DNA of 64,000 bases from positions 69,688,001 through 69,752,000 of the forward strand of contig NC_092349.1 in assembly GCF_963676685.1 (NCBI RefSeq), written 5' to 3'. Of this stretch, positions 53,834-64,000 are shown in pieces. Source of the DNA: Mytilus edulis (Eukaryota). The translations under genes and the position numbers were made by a program. The first letter of the stretch is position 1; the number at the start of each line of letters is the position of its first letter. The notes beneath the pieces are model-generated. The model ran no database searches. It saw nothing but the letters and a program-made list of their open reading frames with translations, and had not been told where the DNA came from.

Positions 53834-55606
53834 CCCTCTTGCTGCCGAGTTTTTTTCTTGCTTTGTCGCGCCAAAAGCATTTTGACGTTTCTTATCTGTG
53901 ACGTTGCAAAACTTGTGCCTATCTGTAGAACTGCGCTTTCCCGCCGTCAATAATTTTTCCCGCGTCAATGTAGCCGTAATTATGAAAACGATGTATAAGT
54001 AATTTTACGGAAGTTAAATATGCTCTAAGATTGTCATAAACGATGTTTTTAATACAAGATTATTTACAAATACAACTTTTAACCTTGGAATATATATTTT
54101 TTTTATCTTTCTTGTCTTAAAATAAAGTGAAAATAATATACCAATTGCTATACTAGCAGACTTTGTTTTATCTTTATCAAGTGAAATGCATAAATGATTC
54201 TTAACCACCTATAAAATAGTAAAATATTTATTCTCGGTTTTTTATTAGGTAATTGGTATAAATACTGTAAAAAAATCTCTCAAATCATTATATAAACGGC
54301 AAAACAACGGCACTCAATGAAAATGAAAATAAAAACAAAGCGTGTACAAATTCATAAAAATAAATAAAATCTCCGAGCAGCTGTTCTATGAACTACTTCT
54401 TGTTGTAAGGTATCAAACGTGTCAGATTAAAATTATCATGATTTCAATCCTTGTTTCGGTAGGCGAGGACATATTTTTTATATAACAATTATTATCCATA
54501 TTCATTTTGCTTATTTTTTAATCATGATTATTTTAATTTTGTTGACCACTTATTACTCAAAATTTTGGAGAATACGAATTAAAAAAAACATAGTAAAAAC
54601 GAGGAAAGAAATTCTCTAAAATGCATTTCTATTGTCTACAAGTGAACCTGAATCAATAATAAATCATTTTCAGTTACTATGATAAAGTACACACTGTATT
54701 TGACATACACGCAATATCTTTCAATCTGTTAATTGATAAATTATTCTCTTCTCAACGTTCAGTGGCTAATATTTCATGCAATATTAGGACGTCTGAAATT
54801 CAATATACAATAAATCTATTGCTCAATGAGTCCTACTGGGGGTGACAAAGTAAAAGATCTGTGGTGAATGCCAGAAAAAAAGAGGTTGCCACTGGGAAAG
54901 GATATCTATGATAGGAATAGAAATCATTGTGTCTACTACTAATTTAACATCCCCATTTCGAACGAAAATGAACATTTTTAAGGCATGGCTTCCATGATGA
55001 AACAGGTTTAAAATGTATTGAAATATCGTATGGCAATACAAGTACATCGGTTAACATGTGTGTACTTTTACAAAAAAAAAATCCTAGCTGAGATTTTAAT
55101 CGTGGTATTTGAGCCCTAAATAAATTATCCAGTTCTTTTAAATAAAGCGTGTATGGTGTATTGTGAATGAATATTAATATTTAACGTAATCAAGTATAAC
55201 AGTTACCTTTTTTATGATTATTTATCAGGGATAAGATTTTTGATTTATATGAGTTATTCTGATTGATAGATGTACGAAAAAAAAACGTAAAACAAATTTC
55301 TCGAAAGAATGTAACATTTTACATGAAAATGACGAACTAGATAATTAGTAAACACGTTAAATAAGTTTGTATTATAGTACTAACAAGCTTATGATCCTGT
55401 ATCATTTCTTGACATCCGTTTAAAGTATACTTTTAAAGCATTTTATTCAGTTTGCTTCATTCCCGCCAAAATCGCCCTTTTGACGCCATATTTTGACGTT
55501 GTCAGTGCCCCTGACAATTGTGACGTTACAATGGACCTTTGACGTTCTACACAATCAACAAGATTTGTGTGTAGAAGCCATAAATGTCCCTTTGGCAGCA
55601 TGAGGG
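53834..55606. mobile_element. Non-autonomous piggyBac element (1773 bp)
   Basis: TTAA|ccctcttgctgcc ... ggcagcatgaggg|TTAA (12/13). No transposase ORF. Joined flanks match an uninterrupted paralog at ~57720-57800. Confidence 0.85.
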
Positions 55607-56257
55607 TTAAAGAAATGAATTCATAAGAAGTTTTTAAATTGAAGTATTACACTTAAGATAATTGAAATCGCATACTTTACGAAAGAAGATTTGATGTAAG
55701 TGTTTCATTCTGATGATGCACTTGGTAGAAAAGAGAATACTTCATGTTTATACAACATATTTTGTAGCTAAAAATTACTAGACCAAACCGAAAAAAATCA
55801 GGTTGCTGGTTATTTTCTTTGAAATAAGTGGAAAATGTGATTTCCAATAAAAAATGTATATTGTGATAATAATATTATAGCATTAATTAAGGAACTGCAT
55901 TGATTCCTTTCCATTAAAAGGTGTGAAATTATCCAGTCAATTCACATATATATATATACACATGGAAAGGAGTATTGCAACACCTTGAATTTTTAAACCT
56001 TGAAAAATCAGCCTCTTATTTTGGATAAATATTGAAACATAGTTAATGATAACATTGGCATTAAAACGAATAAAAAAATGTATGAAAAAAAAGTTTTATC
56101 TAACCACAATTTTGATAATAAAATGAAGTATTTTTTTGTACAAAAAAAATGCATTTTACAACTTTTACTGTAGTCGAACTTTACAATGTCAGACATTCAA
56201 AATTAATCTTTAGATGATTGTTGACATAATTGTTGATCGTTATACACCAAAGAATAA

Positions 56258-57007
56258 GTACTTGGTGCAGCCTCCATTCAAACGGATAACCGCCTCTTAA
56301 CGTCTTTTGATTCCTGTCACCAACCGACTAATTTGTTGCTGAGGTAACCGCAACCATTCCTGATGAAGGGCATTGTTTATTTCATGACGTGTTTAAACTG
56401 GGGGTGTCCTTTCGCGCATTTTACGCCAAATAGTGTCCCATATATGCTCGATATGGTTCAAATCCGGGCTACGATCGGACCAAGGAAGATCTTTTATGTG
56501 GTTAATCTGCAGTCCAAATTTCAATAACGCAGATATACTGTGCGCGTGTGTCAACCAGTACTCGCCAAGATAAAAATAAACAATAACTTTTGTGAATTTA
56601 CAGGAACAAAAACAACTAAAATTATGTGATGTTTGCAACAACTGTACAGAGTTAAAATCGTAAGCAAAGGTCCCCGAAATGGTCTTATCGCACGATAACC
56701 AATTCTTGTTTAAAGTCTCCTGTATGGCAACCACTCTCTTTTAAGGATTGTATTGTTTGCAATGGGTTTCCTTCTGACCAACCTTCATTATACTTTTCCT
56801 AGCAGATGTTATAGGGGGTCTTCTTGAGCTCGGAAGGTCTTTAACATCGTTTGTTGCCTGATTTTTATTCTCAACACGACTTATAGTGGAATGGTAATGA
56901 CCAACAATACGTGCAATTGTCACAGCGACATACCTGCTTTTCTCATGCTGATAATCTGCCATCTTGCTGCAGTTAAGAGTTGTGGAGGACCCATTACAAG
57001 GTTTCAA
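56258..57007 (-). pseudogene. Degenerate Tc1/mariner transposase remnant
   Basis: N-terminal HTH-like IARIVGHYHSTISR...DLPSSRRPPITS, catalytic-region motif PWSDRSPDLNHIEHIW, and C-terminal ALHQEWLRLPQQQISRLV...NGGCTKY. Broken by stops and frameshifts, with the central part missing. Confidence 0.88.
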
Positions 57008-59230
57008 TCACATAACTTTATAAACTTGGTTATTTAAGGTGTTGAAAACAATGAGGATAAAACATCTGTTTTATTGTTTACGGGTACAGTAGTTTTTTAT
57101 GCATGTGCAGATAAGAACTTATCGAGTCGATATTTATTGATTAAACTCAGGTGATATTTAAATAATGTTTAACTTGTTCTATTTCAACAAATTATATCAC
57201 AAAAATACAGAGTGTTTTTTTTAATTTTAATTTCAATTCGTTTTTTTTTTTTATTTGGTCGGGTTGTTGTCTCTTTGACACATTCCCCATTTCCATTCTC
57301 AATTTTATTGCAATACTTTTTCCATATGTATATAAGAATAAGGAGATGGGGTAAAATTGCCAACGAGATAACGATCCACCAAAGTTCAAATTAAGTGGAT
57401 GTAAGCAATTATTGGCAAGTGTACGACCTTCAACAATGAGAAAAACCCATACTTTATAGTCGGCTATAAAAAGCCCCGACCTAAGAAATATGAAACAATT
57501 CAATTGCGGAAACTATGGGCTTGATTTATAACAAAACAATTATGAAAAACAAATATTACAGACATGAACCAACGAAAAACAACAGACTACAGGCTCCTGT
57601 CTCTGGACAGACACAACAGTCTCTCCTTGCACTGATTAAAAGTATTTTCTTGTAAAAAAAGTTTTGTGTTTTGATTTTCGCCAAAGTCAGTTATATGTTA
57701 AAAAGTAAAAATATATGTTAAGTTTCAGTTCTGTTATTGGGAGTTACGCACGATATAAGTGTATCTTATTTGTCGACTTGAAATGAATTCATAAGGAGTT
57801 ATAAAGATCATTTACATTACATAATCTACTAAAGGATCTGACGTATTAGTGTTTCCTGTTGACGATGTGTATGACTGGTACGCTGTATAAGTGAGAATAA
57901 CCTTGGTTATAAAATCAACTTTAAGTATTGTTTGAAAGTTTTTACTAGACCTAATCGTAAATATCCGGTTTCTTGTGATTTTAATCTAAAAAGGAGAAAA
58001 CATACTATCCGATAACAAATATGTCTTGTGGACATCAAACCAGGAAGTGTATAGATTGTAATCCTTCACACAGTTTGATATTAAAATATAAAATTCCAGG
58101 CTTGTAATACGTGTTTCTCGTTCCTCGTTTTTTTATGTAGATTAGACCGTTGGTTTTCCCGTTTGAATAGTTTTACACAAGTAATTTTGGGGCCCTTTAT
58201 AGCTTGTTGTTCGGTGTGAGCCAAGGCTCCGAGTTGCAGGCCGTACATTGGCCGATAATGGTTTACTTTTATAAATTGTTACTTGGATGGAGAGTTGTCT
58301 CCTTGGCACTCACACCACATCTTCTATATCTATTATATTAATGAGAATGTTGAAGGCCGTACTTTGACCTATAATGGTTAACATTCACAAATTGTGACTT
58401 GGATTGAGAGTTGTCTCTTTGACACTCATAACACATCTTTTTATATCTATCATAATTTTGTACACAAGTGTGTCCAGTGGGAGAGAGGGCCTGATTTGGT
58501 GAACGCCACGCTTTTGATCGTTATGAGCTCTTGCAACAACAACTCTTAGTCCTTATGCTCCCTGTTGTGAGACAAAAGTAGGAAGCATGCTATGAGGCTT
58601 TACATGGCCCTTGAAGTTTGGAAAATAGTATTATTCAATTAACGTTTCACAATTGTATTAATTATATTGATGAATAAATAGGGTGATGGGATCTGGCACA
58701 ACCTTTTATAAAACTGTTTTGATTTAACTAAAACGCAAAACAAATTGAGGATAAGTAGCGAGCGAAGATATTATCCATCTACGTAAGCATCTTTGTACAA
58801 GACATTTGTTAGCAAATATTGTCTTGGTAAAGTCTTGGCTCAAATTAAAAATGTCTCGGTCTGGAAATGATACTCACATTGTACTGTTGACTATCAAAAA
58901 ATTTTATTATCAAATTCACGGGGCAAAAAAAAATCGCATTATTAGACCTTCTTCTTTCTTTCCTTATCGTAAATACTTCATTTTTCAGAAGTAGTATTAT
59001 TTCCCGCCTATCATCACGGTCGACCTTCTTTACTACTGAACCTTCCAATTATATCAACAACAAAAAATATGCGTTTTTTCCAGAATATACGTAGAATATT
59101 TAGCCCTGAACGTTAGGAAAGTACCAATCAGTCAATCAATCAAGATTGTTCCTTATAATAATGCATCGAAAAACACTGGAGATGTTTATTTAGACACAGC
59201 TTGTAAAGATTCAATTGTTCAACAATTTCA

Positions 59231-60568
59231 TTACTCACTTATTAGATATGCAGAAAACATGCTCCAGTGATTTCCGTATAATTGTTCACCGTCTTTGTTA
59301 TGGTCATGTTTAGCATAGATTCTGTCGCCTTTCTTCAATGCCATTACAGTGTTTAGAGTTCCCGTAGAATAATCAGTTCCAAATATTCCCACATCTGATT
59401 GGTTGTTCTTCCAGAGATGACAGTGTAAATGTAATCCTCTACTGGCCATTACAGTACTTGAAACGAAGTACAATCCGTTTCTTGGAACCGTAAACACGCC
59501 TGTAGAAGGATCATACACATTGCCAATATTCAGCCAGACTTTGTCAAATTTCAGTACTTCATTGGGTTGGAGAGTTATAGATGACGTCAACGATGCTGTA
59601 AATGCGGGTCTTTCTTGGTTTCGGCCAGGTTCTATGAAATTATTAAATAAAAGACGTTGTAAGAATAGTCTTGAATAAGACGTTATATCAATGCGTTAAT
59701 AACTGTTTATTAACTATACTTTAAAAAAAAAACTCCCACAAAAATAACAACGTTGTGTCTCCATAAAGCCCTGTATTTTATACATATATTAATATTAAAG
59801 TGTTCCGATACTGGATAGTTTTTCGAAAAAAATAGTTGAATTGCCAATGTTGCTGAAGTGTTAATAAGTGCAAATTTTGACATTTTACAATGTTAAAAAA
59901 AGGGATTTTTCCTTTGACTCAAACATCTACAGACGGTTGTAAAATTAGATAAAAACAAATGCAGATACTGTTGCTTCCAGCGACAAATATGTATTCATTA
60001 CAAATACAAATTTTACTTTTATTCTGAGCCCTAATGTTAATTAAATACCTGCGTCGTTTACTTTGATATGGTTTTTCAAATAACAAACCATATGTCTTGG
60101 AATCCGTCGATGTAAAGCACTGACACATTATAAACATTACAACTTCCTAAAAAAACACTTCTCTATAAGGGTATAGTTTAAATTCTTTGATTCAAACTTT
60201 AAAAATTGTTTGGTTTTCACAGATGGATAAAATGTTTGATTGCATTTTGTGGATGATGATTTGCAATGGTATAACAAAAAGTCTACTGACAATGTATCTT
60301 TTTACTTACCATATCCGATATCTTCGATGACCGCATTTTTTATCATTGGAATTCTCTGGTCAGTAGCCTCCTCAACCGTCTTTATAATATAGTCCTTCAG
60401 CACTTGGTTTAATTTTGTAGTGTCAAAAAGAGCTAGTAAAGGCATCTGCTGGTTGTTCAGAAGGGGTACTTCTACTGTAGAGTTTTGTCTAGTCTCCTGT
60501 GACGCCATTAACTGAACGCAACTCATTAGCATGAAGATAAAAATAAGATGCAACTCTCTTTGCTTCAT
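59231..60568 (-). CDS. Secreted C1qDC protein, gene 8 (exons 60568-60310, 59631-59231; ~219 aa)
   Basis: Exon 1 MKQRELHLIFIFMLMSC...PLLALFDTTKLN, donor G|gtaagt, acceptor catag|AA CCT. gC1q exon. 259+401 nt in frame. Confidence 0.92.
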
Positions 60569-61602
60569 TTTAACTTTATATCAATATAAATAAGAAGATT
60601 GTTTATTTTAGACAGTCCCGCTTATGTGCTTCTTTTGAGACAAATTTCTTTTAATTTGTAAAGTTTATTGATGATCATATATATGTTACAGGAAGGAAGA
60701 AGGTTAAGTATCACAAAATGGTGAGGTCAAAAACTGATTTTGAATGGCGATCTTTGTTTTCGTATTTTCTTTTGTATCCTGATACCCCAAGCCACGCAAG
60801 ACATACAGAGAAAACATAATGCACGTCATCGTTTGTACGCGGCCCATAATAAGCCAATATCTGCAAGAACAACTGAAAGAGAATACAATCATGTAAATGC
60901 AAAATGAAATTGATATTGGATTTGTTAGTGTTCAATGTACAAAATCGGTTTGTGACAGTCATAGAAGGTGTTCGTTTTATCGTATCTGTTAAACCAAATA
61001 TAAGATAGAGATTTCAGTGACCGCGAAAAGAGTATTCATTTCTCGACCTATACGATATTCAAGACCTTGCAGCTACTACTAAGACTTGGTAAAACGTCAT
61101 TGGTGTCCGAGGAAAAAAATAACGAACCAGCGTTTTATCAACAATCGTTGCATCCACTTTCTCAAAGAGTTCATCAGAAAGAATCAAAAATATTTCACAA
61201 ATAATACAAGATACTTGGTGCTAAAGTTGGGGAACTTTTTTTTTTACAGTTTTCCTTTATTTTTTCGTGGTTTTATGTTGTTGTTTTTTTTGTCGTACGT
61301 CTTTTGACATGAAAAGGTATTCATGCATCGCACTATTGGGTTTTTGATTTTAGGCGTTTCTGTTGTAGTCGGTCCTGATGTGCAATTTGGACGCAAGAGG
61401 TTTTTTTTTAGTGTTTATTCCATTTTGTTTATACTTTTTTACTTAACTTGTACTTTATCGACATCGTATATATATTATATACGGTTTGTACTATCAACTA
61501 CAAACAATTTTTTGCTGGTGTCTTTTCGAAAATTAATAACATATTTCTCGTTACCGTCGTTGTTAGATTTATTTGTATGTTTGTTGGCCTTTTGTAGTAA
61601 AT

Positions 61603-61895
61603 TGTGTTGAATGTATGTGGTTTATGTGTACACAGTTAAGTAAGTTGTGTTGAATGTCTGTGGTTTATGTGTACACAGTTAAGTAAGTTGTGTTGAATGT
61701 CTGTGGTTTATGTGTACACAGTTAAGTAAGTTGTGTTGAATGTATGTGGTTTATGTGTACACAGTTAAGTAAGTTGTGTTGAATGTCTGTGGTTTATGTG
61801 TACACAGTTAAGTAAGTTGTGTTGAATGTCTGTGGTTTATGTGTACACAGTTAAGTAAGTTGTGTTGAATGTATGTGGTTTATGTTTACACAGTT
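61603..61895 (+). repeat. 43-bp minisatellite, ~6.8 copies
   Basis: TGTGTTGAATGT(A/C)TGTGGTTTATGTGTACACAGTTAAGTAAGT head-to-tail, with no spacers. Confidence 0.93.
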
Positions 61896-62057
61896 TTGGC
61901 TGTGAGATCACAATTATTGTCATTTTAACCTATTATGTCTGTATGGGTTTCTCAACCTATCATGTCAATATAACGAACTATGAACAACTGCCATACAATT
62001 GAAAGGTTTAGATAGCTATAATTTCGAAAAATGTCTGTACCAAGTCAGGTATAGGAC

Positions 62058-62176
62058 TAGTCCAAATAATTATGACATCTTGAAAGGCTATTATAATTTT
62101 TTCTTTGACGCCTTACTTCAACGCGTCAAAGAAAAAAAATATAATAGCTTTCAAGACGTCATAATTATTTGGACTA
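62058..62176. mobile_element. 119-bp foldback MITE with 9-bp TSD (Mutator-like)
   Basis: GTATAGGAC|tagtccaaataattatgac...gtcataattatttggacta|GTATAGGAC; almost entirely self-complementary. Confidence 0.8.
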
Positions 62177-62238
62177 GTATAGGACAGTTGTTTTCTATGT
62201 TGATAAAGTCTAAGGTTTGATTTTTTCAGTTTCTATGG

Positions 62239-62403
62239 ACTTCCCTCCTTTTCTTAATTTACCTTGGAGTTACTTCCCTTCTTTTCTTAATTTACCTTGG
62301 AGTTACTTCCCTTCTTTTCTTAATTTACCTTGGAGTTACTTCCCTTCTTTTCTTAATTTACCTTGGAGTTACTTCCTTTCTTTTCTTAATTAACCTTGGA
62401 GTT
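62239..62403 (+). repeat. 33-bp minisatellite x5
   Basis: ACTTCCC(T)TCTTTTCTTAATTTACCTTGGAGTT units. Confidence 0.9.
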
Positions 62404-62769
62404 TGGTATTTTTGTTATACTTTTTCATTTTGTTCACGATTCTGCTCACTTCTTCGTGAACGCAAGTTGTGTGATTGATACATTATTATCATTTATTATT
62501 ATTATAGTTGGAGAATATGTGTAGGATGTAACTTCACTTCGAAATGTCAATAGTTTCCTATTTGATTCTCAAATGTATATTATATCAAGGATTGGTTAAA
62601 ACTGCATTTTATTTACATACAGAGCAAAACAGTGCAAGATAATCAAGCACAAACACATTTAATTCGTAATTTCAATTACTTAAATCAATTCCACTACAAT
62701 ATATTCCCCATTCACTGGTCAAATTTTAAACTAAACCCCATCATAGAAGACCGTGTATTAACATCCATG

Positions 62770-63949
62770 TCAATTTATAAGATATCCAGAAAACATAGAC
62801 CAATGACCTCCATATATAGACTCGTTATTATATACATCATGCTTTATATAGATTTTATCTCCCTTTCGCAATGCCATCACGGTATTCAGTGTTCCGGATG
62901 AATAATCTGTTCCGAAAGATCCAACATTTGACTCATTGTTCCTCCATAGGTGACAGTGTAGGAATTTTCCTTTTGTTGACATTACAGTATTCGATATAAA
63001 GTATATCCCATCTTTTGGAACTGTAAACACACCAGTTGTAGGCTCGTATCCGTTCCCAATATTTAACCATACTTTATCAAATGTTAGAACTTCGTTCAGT
63101 CCGAGTGATTTTGACGAAGTCCTTGATGCTGAAAAGGCCGGTCTTTCGTCTGTCCTTGCGAGGTCTGTAATATATATTTTACATTATGTTTGAGCTTTGA
63201 TTCATTATTTGCATCGGACTCTTTACGGACGCATGCATTTATAACGTGTTGTTTTGTTTTGCAAAATTTTAGTGACAAACAGAAATAAAGCATTATTCAT
63301 TATTATTATTATAGAATAATTGCGTACGGAAGCAGTTAATAACATATACAGATTCTAACACAATACCCCATTGGAGATGATATTTCTTCTACTCAAGAAG
63401 GGGAATGTCGAAGTTTTCAAATACTGCAGTAATGGATAAGTATAAAAACAAAAGCGCCTGTTTACTTTTACAAATTGTGACTAGGAGGGAGAGTTGTCTC
63501 ATTGGCACTTATAAGATGGCACTTAAAATAAAAGTTGTCAACTTATAGTTCGTTTCTGTGTCGTTTTGGTTGTTTGTTTTAACTGAAGCGTTTCTGTTGT
63601 TTCGTTGTTTTCCTCCTATATTTGATGTGTTTCCCTCGGTTTTAGTTTGTAACCATTAGTATGTATTCTAAGTTAGAGACTTACCTTTGTTGATATCTTT
63701 CAAAAGATCATTTTTCATATTGGAAATTTTGTCTTCTGTTGCCTTTTCTACAGTTGAATTGATATACGTCGTTAAGACTTTGTTGAGATTTGTCGTGTCG
63801 AACAAGGCTACCAACGGCACATGCTGAATATCCAAGAGAGGTATTTGCACGGTGGAGTTGTCCACCTCATGTCCACTGGTGTATCCCAGAATCCATATCA
63901 ACAATATACTCAATAATTCAAAATATGAAGACGTCAGATACTTTGCCAT
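62770..63949 (-). CDS. Secreted C1qDC protein, gene 9 (exons 63949-63685, 63164-62770; ~219 aa)
   Basis: Exon 1 MAKYLTSSYFELLSILLIWILGYTSG...PLVALFDTTNLN, donor G|gtaagt, acceptor ttacag|AC CTC. Exon 2 ERPAFSASR...FDKVWLNIGNGY...SMFSGYLIN. 265+395 nt in frame. Confidence 0.9.
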
Positions 63950-64000
63950 TGTCACAGGTCCAGCCGATATTCCTTTTTGTATACGTATGATTCTTTGTTA

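Noticed and set aside
61603-62403. Regular 43-bp and 33-bp repeats as a CRISPR array
   Set aside because: Units are head-to-tail with no unique spacers, there are no cas genes, and the context is eukaryotic.
297-63990. Remaining 60-120-aa ORFs in the track
   Set aside because: They have low-complexity AT-rich composition, lie antisense to real exons or fall inside repeats, and show no recognisable motifs or splice partners.

Overview
AT-rich, intron-containing animal genomic DNA, not prokaryotic. The repeat landscape (pearl/HINE-type elements, tRNA-derived SINEs, minimal hammerhead repeats) and the C1q expansion suggest a bivalve, probably a mytilid mussel (inference). The window holds nine two-exon genes for secreted C1q-domain-containing (C1qDC) proteins. 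One divergent gene lies on + (2759-4836). Eight paralogs form a head-to-tail array on - (20068-63949). In every gene, exon 1 encodes a signal peptide plus a helical stalk, a phase-1 GT-AG intron follows, and exon 2 encodes the globular C1q domain. Intergenic and intronic DNA is dense with transposon debris, and several insertions have readable TIRs, TSDs and empty-site paralogs. Most notable: (i) a duplicated ~71-nt RNA structure with compensatory base changes in the 3' UTR of a young LINE; (ii) an intact-core minimal hammerhead ribozyme in sense orientation inside a C1qDC intron; (iii) a C1qDC gene that looks like an unequal-crossover chimera; (iv) a near-invariant stalk motif paired with hypervariable C1q loops; (v) a 3.95-kb TIR element with an unusual CAGTTG / 3-bp ATT signature. 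Coordinates were read by eye and no searches were run.
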